DNA of 64,000 nt, from NCBI RefSeq assembly GCF_009914755.1, contig NC_060937.1, one strand, 5' to 3'. The position numbers and the translations under genes are program-made. Positions 49,964-62,607 of the stretch are shown here, in pieces. Positions within the stretch are counted from its first letter, which is position 1; the number at the start of each line of letters is the position of its first letter. This DNA comes from the human T2T-CHM13v2.0 reference genome, Homo sapiens. The notes beneath the pieces were generated by a model. That model saw only the letters and a list, made by a program, of their open reading frames with translations. It was not told the origin of the DNA and did no database searches.

Positions 49964-51114
49964 CCTGCTGTGTGTGTCTTGAAGAGTAAATATAAATGAT
50001 TTGGACAAAATGTATGAGGGGTATGTGGTAATCAGGGTCAGGCTGGGTAAATGAGTTTGAAGTAGACAATATTTTTCCTGAAATATTTTCTTTCACTCTC
50101 ACAAGGTTGTGATGCAAATTGAAACTCTAGTTTAATTCAGCCACCATTACCTGTCTTTCTCATTTCTCAGAAGAGAATGGAGACCGGTTTATGCTTGGAT
50201 TTTTTGGAAGGCAGAAATAGCATAACTAACATGTAAACTCCTTGCAGGCAGGAAGAATATATTAAATTTATACTCCTTCTCCTTTATTTTTTTAAAACAC
50301 AGTTAGAGCTCAATAAATGCCTGTAGAAATGAACCTAGTGCAGTGTGCATTTAGGAATAAAAATGAGTTTTCTAAATGAGTTTTCTGTCACCCAGTTCAA
50401 TCTGTATATGAGGTAAAATGTTCCCAGAATTTCTGGAAGTTTTCTGCTACGGCATTAGTTTGTCTATGAAACTGATGGATTAATTTTTGCATTCTGTATT
50501 TGTAAGGCATCGTTTTATATGAGACTTGCAAATCACTTTACAAGTTCCAAAGTGAAATAAATATTTTTACATATTCTTTCATTAAGCAAAGTTATGTATT
50601 TCTAATGTCACTGTTTAGCAATAATTACTTACTCTCATTAAAAGAAAAACAATTCTCTGGAAACTGCAAAAGGAATAAAAAGCTCTCTTAATAATGTGCA
50701 GCTGAGATCAGTTTGATTTTTAAGAAGAGTGAAATTAAGGAGTATATATTAAATATAGCCCAAAAGATTAGCAATGAATGAAAGATGCAATAGTCAAGAC
50801 CAGTGATGTTATTTATCGTTATAGGAGTTTTTGTTTTGAAACTTTATTTAAATGAAGTTTGGAACATTGGATATCTTAAATATTTATTAAATTTCCCTCT
50901 ACATTCAAATTTAATACAATCCATTTCCCTTTGTCCTATCATTCCCTTTTACCACCACTTTTTATCTAGTAACTACATATCTAACCAAAATAAAACTGGA
51001 CCTTCTAGTTTGCATTCTAGAGCTTGACAATGATTTTAAAAAGACAAAAGCATTTAAACTTTTTCTACACCAAGTTTGTTTACCTGTCAGGCTAGGAAAC
51101 ATGCACATAAAGGT

Positions 51115-51310
51115 GAATATACACATAGACACACACACACCCCCACACAGAGATACAACAGAGACACATACACAGACTCACAGACACAGAGACTCAACAC
51201 ATGCACGTGGACACATACATGTATACACACAGGCACATATATGTACACAGACACAGACTCACAGACACACACATACAGAGACACAGACACAGCACCACAG
51301 ACACACACAC
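51115..51310. repeat. Degenerate (CA)/(CAGA)-rich simple repeat
   Basis: acacacag/acacatac-type units; explains the H/T/R-rich and V/C-rich spurious ORFs. Confidence 0.9.
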
Positions 51311-52091
51311 CAGTGGAGAAATTCACTAAATAATTTGCTGAAGGGGCAAAGTTTCAGTTTTAAGTGGTAAAAAAGCAGTTTGTGATGGATCTGCTAATTA
51401 AAGATTGAAAGTTTACTCCCTAAGGTAGGACAAACGAATCCACAGATCTGTACATAATTGGTTAAAATAAATCCTTTTCAAAACAAAAGCTATTGTTCTT
51501 TCATCAAGAAAGAGTCTTCTTAGGTCCAATGGGAGTCTGGTATATTAGAGTCAGTGCAAGTGCTGGGTCCTTCTGTAACTTCAGCTTGTTAGACTCTGTC
51601 GTGGTGAAGCATAGTACTCCGTTTTCATGTAACCTCTCCGTGGTGTTGAATTTCAAACAAACCCACATCTAATTTTAAAAGGCCTTGAAAAATAAGTTAT
51701 TACAGAAATCTCTGAGGTGGCAGAGAGAGACATAACACACAGGCGGAAGCCCTAACAATCCTCTTCACTTATCTTCTCTCTTAGCCCATCTCCCACTTTT
51801 ATGTCTTCAAACAAGAAAAGAATAAACAAGCAACAAAGCCTTAGCCCACACAGGCTTCCCTTGCATTGAGGGAAAAATGACTGAAGAACAGTATCTTCCT
51901 TTCTTTTAGTGGCTTCTTGCCTTTTAATTTTTTTCTAATCAAACTTTTAATTTTGAGATAATTATAGATTCACATGTAGTTATAAGAAATAATACAGATT
52001 CCATATGCCCTTCACCCAGTTCCCCCCAGTGGTAACATTTTACCAACTAGAATACAGTATCACCACCAGGATATTGATTGATACAGCCAAG

Positions 52092-52888
52092 TGTAGGAAA
52101 ACGGCCTGGCCCGTGGAAAGAGGGACACTATACGTATGCAAAAACATGATAGCCGATGTTTGACTCCTGCATGCCAAGGTGATCACAGCAAAGTCAAGAA
52201 CCAATGCCTGTAGTATAAATTACTCCTCAAAAAGATGCTTATCTAACTTCCCCGGTGGTAACAAATTTTGTAAGAGCATCTGGTACATGACTAACTGCAC
52301 GTGTTTTACCAGAAAAGCTCACTATATAGAAGGATGTTTTCTGGGGGGCGAGTACAGAGATCCACCATTTCTTGGCCACCAGAGACTTGCTTCTCTTATT
52401 AAGTTCCTATTAAATGTTTATTTCTGAGAAACTAGATTTGTCAACCTCTTTCTTTGGCCTCTTAGCTCCCTTGGCCTTTGCGGGTAGGTTTGCATAGACC
52501 AGCTGTATTAGTCTGTACTCATGTTGCTAAAGATATACCCAAGACTGGGTAATTTGTAAAGAAAAAGAGGTTAAATGGACTCATAGTTCCATGTGGCTGG
52601 GGAGGCCTCACAATCATGACAAAAGGCAAAGGAGGAGCAAAGTCACATCTTACCTTGCAGCAGGCAAAAGAGAATGAGAACCAAATGAAAGGGGTCTCCC
52701 CTTATAAAACCATCAAATCTCCTGAAAGTTATTCACTACCATGAGACCAGTATGGGGGAAACCGCCCCCGTGATTCAATTATCTTCCATTAGGTCCCTCC
52801 CACAACACATGGGAATCATGGGAGCTACAATTCAAGATGAGATTTGGGTGGGGACACAGCCAAACCATATCACCAGCTCATTGGAACA
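52092..52888 (+). mobile_element. LTR47-like solo LTR, split by a THE1
   Basis: tgtaggaaaacgg...gaaactagatttgtcaacctctttc...ggtaggtttgcatagacc...ggaaca; TSD ccaag (52087-52091, 52889-52893). Confidence 0.82.
52504..52872 (-). mobile_element. THE1 (B/C-like) solo LTR nested in LTR47
   Basis: tgtattagtc...cagccaaaccatatca; TSD ccagc. Confidence 0.94.
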
Positions 52889-53223
52889 CCAAGGTGTAGA
52901 ATGTTTCCATCACCATGAGGATCCCTGGTGTTGCCCTTTCATAGCCATACCCCTATCCCTTCCACCACTTCTGACCCCTGGCAACCACTACTTTGTTCTC
53001 CATTTCAATTATTTTCTCATTTCAAGAACACTATATAACTGGAATCATACAGTAAGTGACCATTTGAGAGTGGCTTTAAAAAAAAACTCAGCATAATTCC
53101 CTTGAGATTCATCTAAGTGATCATATATATTTAGTTTATTCATTTCTATTGTTGAGTACCATAGTTTTTTTGGGTGCCATTCAGTGGTTAAAGATCATCT
53201 GGATTGTTTCCAGTTTTTGTATT

Positions 53224-53403
53224 GGAACTACCATTTGATCCAGCAATCCCACTACTGGGTATCTACTCAGAGGAAAAGAAGTCATTATATGAAAATATAC
53301 TTGCACACCCATGTTTATAGCAGCACAGTTTGCAATTGCAAAAATATGGAACCAGCCCAAATGCCCATCAATCAATGAGTGGATAAAGAAATTGCAGTAT
53401 GTG

Positions 53404-53449
<46 letters not shown>

Positions 53450-53878
53450 ATACACACACACAGACACCCACACACACATATACACACACATATATACACA
53501 CCATGGAATACTATTCAGCCATAAAAAGGAACAAAATGATGGCATTCACAGCAACCTGTATAGAACTGGAGACATTATTCTAACTGAAGTAACTCAGGAG
53601 TAAAAAACCAAACGTTGTATGTTCTCACTCATAAGTGGGAGCTAAGCTATGAGGATGCAAAGGCATAAGAATGATACAGTGGATTTTGGGGACTCAGGGG
53701 AAAGGGTGTGAGGGGGGTGAGAGATAAAAAACCAAAAATTGGGTTCAGTATATACTGCTCGGGTGATGGGTGCACCACAATCTCACAAATTGCCACTAAA
53801 GAACTTACTCATGTAACCAAACACCACCTGTTCCCCCCAAAACCTGTGGAAATAAAAAATAACAACAACAAAAAAGAA
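53224..53878 (+). mobile_element. L1PB 3' end with internal (TA)/(TG)/(CA) repeat
   Basis: gaactaccatttgatccagcaatcc...gctatgaggatgcaaaggcataagaatgataca...actaaagaacttactcatgtaacc. Confidence 0.92.
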
Positions 53879-54782
53879 AGCTGCTATGATCGTTTGTTTA
53901 CAGGTTTTTGGGTGGACGTAGTTTTTATTAACCTAGGCTAAATACCCAAGAGGAGAGAGTTGCTGGGTCTTATGGTAATTATGTGTTTGGTTGTAAAAGA
54001 AACTACCAAATTATTTTCCATAGTGGCTGCACCATTTACCTTCTTGCCAGCTATGTATGAGCGATTCCGTTTCTCTGCATCCTCGCCATCATTTCCTGCT
54101 GCTCCAATTTTTCACTTTGGCTGTTCTGAGAGTTGTGTACTGATATTGCATTGTGCCTTTACTTTGCATTTCCCTTATGGCTAATGAGGTTGAACATCTT
54201 TTCATGTGCTTATTTGCCTGCCTTTTAAATATAAACAATTTATCTCTTCTCTTTACTTTCCCTTTCATTGTTTACCTTGATTAGCAGATCTACTATTCAG
54301 CCCCCATCTATTTTGTACCTGCCTCTAAGCTTCATGAAAGGGCCTTGCTGTTATGTCTGGTGAGATGTTGCTGACCCGGAGAGGGCTGATGTCCAGCCCC
54401 AGGGCTCCATCTTCTGTTGGTCTCAGTTGTTCAGGTGACAGAGCAGAGTTAGATTCTAGGCAGAGTACAGAATTTCCTTGACTCCAATTCTCTACTGAAT
54501 ACAGTATGTAAGATTTTTAAAAGCACTATTCATTCCCAGTATGTCACAGAATCCTTTCATTCAAACAGATTCCTCATATTCTCTCCAAAACTGCTTGAAC
54601 AAGTACGTGGTTATTAGTCGTCAGCCCAGTAATAAATACATTGCAAGAAAAAGATGTTCTCAGATGGCAAACATAATGTGCAAAGAGGCATTTCTGCCTT
54701 CAAATAAATACCTTTTACATTAGTCCCAGAGCTTTAGCCGTTTAAAGCACAGGTTCTACAGCTTCTGATTGGCTTATGAATT

Positions 54783-55270
54783 CTGTTGTTGACTTAAAGT
54801 CCCCAAGGACTACCAGAAAAACGTGGGATTGAGACAAGCTAAGTTTATTAAGCCTTTTGCAATAAGGAAAAACTCTGTTTTGAGAGAGTCTTAGCAAAAG
54901 CTCAAAAGATAAAAGTCAGGGGGAGCATATTTTTTAAGTTTTAGGCCATGAACTGGGTGGTTTTAAGGTGGAGCTTACAGAATAGGAAAGGAATTGGAAT
55001 TGACAGTTTCTACTGAAGCTGTAACTTTGGAATTGGTTGTTGCTGAGAAGTGAGGCTGTCAAAACAATTCTTGGTGAGTAAGTTGTTACTCTTGGTAAGT
55101 ACCATGTGTATTTGCTCACAGTCTTATCATCTGGGAGCAGGTAATTCCTGGAGCATACAACTAGCTTATTTTACTTGGTCTCGGTATTAGTTAACTTAAA
55201 GATAGGAAGTGACATTTTATCCTAGTACTGTTATCACCGGGAAAGGGAAGCATATTGTTTTAGTTACACT
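54783..55270 (-). mobile_element. Probable ancient LTR (LTR78/79-like)
   Basis: tgttgttgacttaaagtcccc...ttgagacaagctaagtttatta...gagagtcttagc. Confidence 0.45.
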
Positions 55271-55272
55271 TC

Positions 55273-55931
55273 TTGCCTCTTAGTTTCAATCTACCCATCA
55301 TTTTGTGGCTTATAATATTGGATGTGGACCATGTAAATATTTGTCACTTACCAGCAGGCATGATGCTAAGCACTGTTAGTATAAGGTGCTGGAGGGACAT
55401 TGCAGGAAGAAGGGACTTTGTTCTGGATCCAGTGTGATCCTCTGTGCTTGCTCCTGTAGCACTTGGTTAGTATGTGGGACATCCAGTGACACTCATCCCT
55501 GGCACGTTTGAGTGGCAATACCATTGCAAGTAGCTTCCTAAAGAGTTTCTTTGGCAATGCTTGAGGACAATTTTCTAGAGATACGTTGAGACTGTTGCCG
55601 TCCTCAGTGTGTTCTGCTTTGTCCCCCAAAAGGTGGTTTTCTTCTCTTGTGCTAGACTTTTTCATCATCCATGAAGGTCATGGCTGCGCCCTCTCCAGTG
55701 AGGTCTGGATCTCAGTCATGAGGGGGTTGGACTTCCACGTTTGTTCCTTTATTGAGTGCTTTGCCTTAGCCCTATATATTCCTCCTGTGTCCACTATTGG
55801 TATATTTTTAGAGTTAGTTTTTACCTTTTCATATTAATAGTTAATTTCTTGTTCATAATTCTTTATGGTGAACACTTACTGGTCAAATTACTATGAGGGT
55901 TTTTGTCTTCTGATTGGATCCTCACTGATAC
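55273..55931 (+). mobile_element. LTR52-like ERVL 5' LTR
   Basis: ggaccatgtaaatattt...aaggtgctggagggacattgcagg; ends ctgattggatcctcactgataca. Confidence 0.7.
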
Positions 55932-58800
55932 AGAATTACTACTAGATTGGTCTCAGGAGCCATATTTAAAAAGATTGGAATTTGGGATTGGTTTGGTCAT
56001 GCTCTAGGATTTGAACACAGTGTTGAGCTCTTTGTGTATGGAAACTGGGATGCCAGAAATCTACTGCATGCAGAATCAGCCTAACACCTATGGTTGACTA
56101 TGATGAAAGCCAACTGAAGCAGGTGCGTAGCAAACTGACAGTGCTATTGCATTGAACATTATAGCAGCAATGATGGCTACAAGATGTATGATTTGGAACA
56201 ATTTCTCCTAGAGCACACTGGAGTGCTTACTGAATGAAAACAATGAGCTCAGCGCTTGAACTCTCAGCTAAAGCCACAGACTGAGAACCAGGGAGCTTCT
56301 ATGATGGCCATAAGTAATAGTTACTCTAGCTAGAGGGCTGATACTGCTAAAACTAAAAACAAAATTAAATTGCTTTTGGTTTTTGAATTTTATTGCCAAT
56401 TAATTCACTTCTTGCCAAATTTTTGTTTGAAAGTTAGGTTACTAATTGGGAAAGAATAGAATCCTGAATGAACTTGGAATGTGTACATATACTTGGACCC
56501 ACATGAAACTGGCTGTATTGAACCCCTAAGTCATTCTGAGCCTTCCTTACCACTTGAACAAAACTGCCTCCTCCTGTGTCTGAGGTGACTACCCCATCTT
56601 TGCTTGAAAATTTTGTGATAACCTCACCAGGAGCAGGGGCTTTGAAAATGGATGCTCATTCTTCTCACGAGTTAAGACAGGCAGTTCAGGTTGTTCCTAG
56701 ACCCATTGCAAGGGGGGAAATTTCAGCATACTCCAGGGTAACAGGTACAGACTATAACCCAGGGGTAGATAGTTTACATACAAAAATAATGTGCAAGACT
56801 TTGCTATTACATATATTCTGAAATCTGGGGAACATTGTAAGAATAGATCTGAAGGGTACTAGACTAAAGAGGCCAGAATGTAACAATCAGTAAGGCTGAA
56901 TTCATTGATACGACTGTACTTATTAGAGAGTCCAGATATAGGATGTTATCTTGTGCAACTTGAGTTGACTCCAATAGCTTACTTGGTTGGTTTCCTGAAA
57001 CTTATACTCAGTGGTGTTCTGTGTTAAATGAGTTTGAGATGCCAGAGCTTCCCTGGCATGAATTGGAGAAGGAATAGAGATATGGGAGTGGATTTGTCAA
57101 GTGATACCTACATGTGTATCTCCTACAAGGTTCTGTGAGATGACCTAGAAGATACTCTACTAAGGCATTGGGAAATACATTGGTGAGGATAGTACCTTAG
57201 TCTTTGAAATGATGGGTCTGGATCTCAGATCTTTTGTCCTCCAGACTATAGGGGATATCACCATTGATATGTGTTTGCTGATTTCAGCTGTGATAATGGA
57301 AATTCCAGGGTAGTCAAAGCCAAGTGACAGTTATTAACCACCAAAGACAAAGTGGACTCACTGTGTAGGCAGAGACATGCCAGTAATCACAATGCCTTAG
57401 CTTAAAGGGATTTGGGGCAGTTGCTAATTGGTCACAGTGTCCATGAGAACAAATAGATAGGTAGCCCACTGGAGTATAGCTTCATTTGTCAAACCAGTGA
57501 TCCCAGATGGGTCACCTACTTGTACACAAAGGTCTTGCAGCACCCTCGTTGTAAACATTCCCACAAAGAAGAATTTTCCTAGACTAGCCAGATTTTCTCC
57601 CAGCAGCCAACCCTATCACACATGTATTAATGTGATTTTTTTTAGGAAAAAAAATTAATGTTATAATTAAAAAAAAAATCTGAAGAACCAGTAGCCAAAA
57701 GCAGCTTGAGTCACCACAGTGGAGAGTTCTGACTCTTGCCCAATTTCCAGACCAAAGTCAATTCAATGGCACAGAACTCTGTGGTTGAAGCCTAGCTTGT
57801 GCCTCCTTACCATTTTATACCACACATACCAAAACTCTTCCTTCAAGCCTTCCCCAAAGGCACATCTAGATTTTACTAGAGTGACTGTGCCCTGAGGAAT
57901 AGGAAATACCCAGTGCTTTTGGGGTTACTGTCTTTGAACTGTCACTAATTTTTGGTTCCTGGAGACCCTCCAAATTCCGAGCTATCAGTTAAAATAGGAG
58001 TTTACAGTGGCCAGAAGATAGATGGAATCTTACTTCATTTCTTACTTAGGATGGGCTTAGTGGTTCCATGGACCCAGCCTGTGATTATTTTTTTCAGTTG
58101 CTGAATGTGTAATTTCAATAATTGTAAAATAACCACACCAGCACATTAATCCATAGGATGAGGGCCATTATGGTAGGAAGGGCCAAATGCAAGCCCCTGG
58201 AATTTCACTTAACTCTACCCCAATAGCAAACCAGAAGCAATACTGCATCTTTGGGGGAACTGAAGATGTCAATGCCATTATCAAAGACTTGAAAAAAGTC
58301 TTTACACTTCTATCACACCTCATTTAATTAACCTGTTTGGTCTGTGCAGAAGTTAGGTGGATCTTTTACAATAACTGTTAGTAACTGTGAACTATTGTAA
58401 ATTTCATCAGTGGTCACTCGAGTGCTGGCAGTTTTTCCAGATGTATTATTTTTACTGGGAAAAGTCAACATGGTACCTAGTAATTTCTATATAGCTATGA
58501 GCCTGGCATCAAGAAAATGTCTTTACACTTCTATCACATCTCATTTCATTCACCTGTTTGGTCTGTGCAGAAGTTAGGTGGATCTTTTACAATAACTGTC
58601 AGTAACTGTGAATTATTGTAAATTTCATCAATTTACAATAGATGAAATTGTAATTAAATATGCAATGTGGTCACTCTAGTGCTGGCAGGTTTTCCAGATG
58701 TAATATTTTTACTGAGAAAAATCAACATGGTACCTAGTAATTTCCATATAGCTACACACCTGGTTAATGACTGTTTAGCAAGACCAATTTGCAAGTTATC
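55932..58800 (+). mobile_element. Degraded ERVL internal region (gag, protease, 5' RT remnants)
   Basis: gag-like tgagtttgagatgccagagcttccctgg (EFEMPELPW); pol-like gccattatggtaggaagggccaaatgcaagcccctggaa (AIMVGRAK.KPLE), aaccagaagcaatac (NQKQY), cctgtttggtctgtgcagaag (PVWSVQK). Confidence 0.85.
58298..58763. repeat. Direct duplication of ~205 bp (58298-58506 and 58519-58763); copy 2 has a 36-bp insertion
   Basis: About 11 mismatches over ~200 aligned bp, counted by eye. Confidence 0.95.
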
Positions 58801-58924
58801 ACTAGAAATGTGTACAGCTTGAATGCCATCTACTTTGTACCATTACAGAGGTTTCAAAATTGTCTTGCACATAATAATTCAATACATATTTACTGAGTTA
58901 ACTGAACTCAGTTATCTCTGAATA

Positions 58925-59006
58925 ATATCTCTATTCCTCCTCCAGTTCATGCCAGGGAAGCTCTGGCATCTCAAACTCATTTAACATAGGCCACCACTGA
59001 GTTTAA
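58925..59006 (-). repeat. 82-bp inverted copy of 57002-57083
   Basis: Reverse complement matches 57002-57083 with 6 mismatches in 82 bp. Confidence 0.95.
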
Positions 59007-59066
59007 CGGGAGTTATTCCCTCACCCCTTAAACCAAACATGTTATCAAAAGAGAAAAAGGAGCAAC

Positions 59067-59069
<3 letters not shown>

Positions 59070-59099
<30 letters not shown>
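59070..59099 (+). repeat. Poly(A)30 tract
   Basis: Uninterrupted A run. Confidence 0.95.
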
Positions 59100-59101
<2 letters not shown>

Positions 59102-59347
59102 GAGAATTCACAATGCAGGTAATAAGGGTAAAAGAGAACAAAGCCAGCCCCAAATATCTGATGATCTATGGATGACTAAAATGTGGAAAAGAATAAAGTA
59201 CAGCATGAAAATTCATTCAACGATGTGTGTGCAGTCACCTTCATAAGTACATGGGGGAGTTCTCCAAATATTTAGGAAAAGAAATCATACACTGAATGTA
59301 TTGTCTAGCTAGCATATGTTCTATGATTAAACCATTCTTTCTTTTAA

Positions 59348-59600
59348 TTTTTTCTTTCTTTTTTTGAGACAGAGTCTCACTCTGTCGCCCAGGTTGGAGA
59401 GCAGTGAGGCTCACCGCAATCTCTGCGTCCCAGGTTTAAGTGATTTCCTGCCTCAGTCTCCTGAGTAGCTGGGATTACAGGCATGCGCCATGATGCCTGG
59501 CTATTTTTTTTTTTTTTTTTTGGTATTTTTAGTAGAGATGGATCCACCTGCTGTGGCCTCCAAAGTGCTGGGATTACAGGCATGAGCCACCACGCCTGGC
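59348..59600 (-). mobile_element. AluS with internal deletions
   Basis: Left arm joins gagatg|gatccacc with ~50 bp missing; TSD accatt(c/a)tttct. Confidence 0.9.
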
Positions 59601-60660
59601 CAAGGACCATTATTTCTTATGTATCTTGCTAGTTCTTAAGGAAATAAGATTACTGAAAAAGTAAGCAGTTTGTTCTTAAAAATAACCCAGAAACTTTCTT
59701 ACAAGACTTCTGTGAATAGGACCAAGTATTTGAGAGCTCTGTTCTGGAAACAAACTTGTCTCTAAACCATCTTTAATTTTAAAATGAAGGATCCATATTA
59801 AAAATTTTTGTTAGAAATATGTATAATTGTGCATCGTAGAGAAAAAATGAGTTTTGCCATTTAAAGTAATTTTACATATTATCTTTTTTATTTTTAAACT
59901 ATCATTTACTATCCTGAATTATGCTTAGGTTTATTACTATTGGCACAAAACAATAATAGCTAACAATAAATTCTATTGTCAAGTTCTGTTAAATCTCTTG
60001 TTTTAAATTTTACTCTGTGCTAAAAATCGCAAGTAACAAGTTTAAAATTACAAAAATTGGCACATTATTATATATAATTTATTCATGGAGACTATATTTA
60101 GAAAATTCTAAATCAGCCTATTAGGTCCTGGTTATACAGATTCACATACACAAACATATGCACCTGCACAGATATGGACCGCCTGCTAATTAATGTTCAA
60201 ACATATAAGAAAAAATAATATCGGGAATTATGATTTGCTGTTCCGTGTAGTAGCAATTAAAAAAAATTCTGAATCAGACACTTGCACAAGCCAGAAAATG
60301 AAAACGGTTTTAGATTTCCAGAAACATTTTTGATGCTGACATACATTTCATATCTTAGACATCTTTCAGGGTTGATAGTTATAATCAAGATTGCATATTT
60401 AATTAAATGAAACTATTAGCAACTTCACAGAAGTTTAAGCAGTATACTATGTTATAAATAGAACGACTTAATTGCTATTCATTTCTTTAGTCATGACACA
60501 AATAATTATGGGAAATTGCCATAATGAAGAATGTACATACACATGCTCTTTGATATCTACATGTGAAATCAGGGTGGGACTAAGCTGTGTAATCCTTATT
60601 TCTGTTGATAATACCAGCGAAGTTCTTTGCCTCCCTTCCCTCCTCAGGCTTTTCCCTTCA

Positions 60661-60769
60661 CTCTGACCAATTCCTTCCTCAATGTTGCTGCCAGCCTCCT
60701 CTCGGAGGACCCTCTTCTCTCTGACCATTTCCTTCCTCAATGTTGCTGCCAGCCTCCTCCCGGAGGACC
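60661..60769. repeat. Tandem duplication, 2 x 51 bp (period 58)
   Basis: ctctgacca(a/t)ttccttcctcaatgttgctgccagcctcctc(t/c)cggaggacc, 2 mismatches. Confidence 0.95.
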
Positions 60770-61823
60770 GGGGAGGAGGGTCTTACTAGTGTTCCAGCTG
60801 GATTCTCTCATCATGACTCCTGCCTAGTGCCTCTGTAACTAGAGTTGGAAGTGAGTGTTTCGCCTTGGTGTCCCACTCTTGACCCAACCAACTCCTCTTT
60901 TGGGCTTCAACAAAGCTGTCTTATTCTTGGCACCCTATCTAGGAATCTGGACAAAGTTCCACATGTTGGATTCAAAAACCATTTCAGTGACAGCACCCAA
61001 TGCCTTGCTAACACGAAACATGTGTCCTTTTGGTGCTTTTTATCTTTGAATGAATTTGGCCACCTGCCCCCTTACCATCATCTTCGTGGTGATTTCTTCT
61101 TTTAGGAGAAGATTTTCTCTTTAAGTGACAATATATTAATACAATGCCAAATATGATCTATACCATAACTCCTTAACTGGTGGATCATGTCCCACTGGTA
61201 TGTCATAAAGAGGTAACAAGTCAGCTACCATCTTAATCAATTCAGCCCTTGGGACAACTTGGCAAGATCTGGGTACAAACAGCCTCGTCTCTTTAATTCT
61301 GTATAAAAGTTTGGTACTGTATTGTTTTGGGGCTTTATACTTTCTGCCATTTCAAGTAGCATCCTTGGGATACAGACAGATATGAATAATGTAGATAACG
61401 ATTTAGCAATCCAAGAAAATAATTGGCAGAAATGAGTGAATTTTAATGTATTTGCAAAGCAATCTCATGAGCATGTAACTCAGAACAGCATGTGGCAGAA
61501 TAAATCGCCTGCAGACTGTTTTCTAATCTCTGTCATCTTAATGGAATAGCAAATTTGCTTATAGGTATCCCTGAGATATGGGTGTAAATGGAGATAAATG
61601 ATATATTTGAATTTTTTTCCAGGTATCAAATATGGGCTTTTGCAGTCTAAAAATTATCAGGCATATTATCGATTTTTGTTTAGTCTTTAAGTGATTTACA
61701 AGTCTTTTCAATATGTCGCCTTCAAATTATACTGTATAGTAACACAAACAAAATTCAAATATTCATATTTTATAAATTAAATAAAATAATTCAAGGTCAT
61801 AAACTAATGGCTGACTTTTCTAG

Positions 61824-62325
<502 letters not shown>

Positions 62326-62607
62326 GCAGACATCGGATAATATTTGCTTAACTTATTGGCCCAGAACAAAAGGCAGTAAATAAGTAAGGGAGCAGTTTGG
62401 GGAAGAGGCTGTTATTGGCAGGGAATCCTAGGCAAGATCCAGGAAATATTGAAGTGGAAGAGACTATTAATGTTAAAATTAACCAGACATGTACTTACAG
62501 CCATGGTTGTTTGTCCTAGGCGTTGCGCCTGGCACACTAATGCTGAACAAATGTAACCGACTATTAGTTATATTATTAATGAGCATTATCTATATATTTT
62601 GAAAGAC

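Larger units (their letters stand above)
51935..54220 (-). mobile_element. L1MC/MD 3' portion hosting nested insertions (pieces 51935-52091, 52894-53223, 53879-54220)
   Basis: tttgagataattatagattcacatgtagttataagaaataatacaga 3' end; the sequence resumes collinearly after each insert. Confidence 0.88.

Noticed and set aside
51076-51370. His/Thr-rich and Val/Cys-rich ORFs (also 53181-53583)
   Set aside because: Translations of (CA)/(TG) simple repeats.
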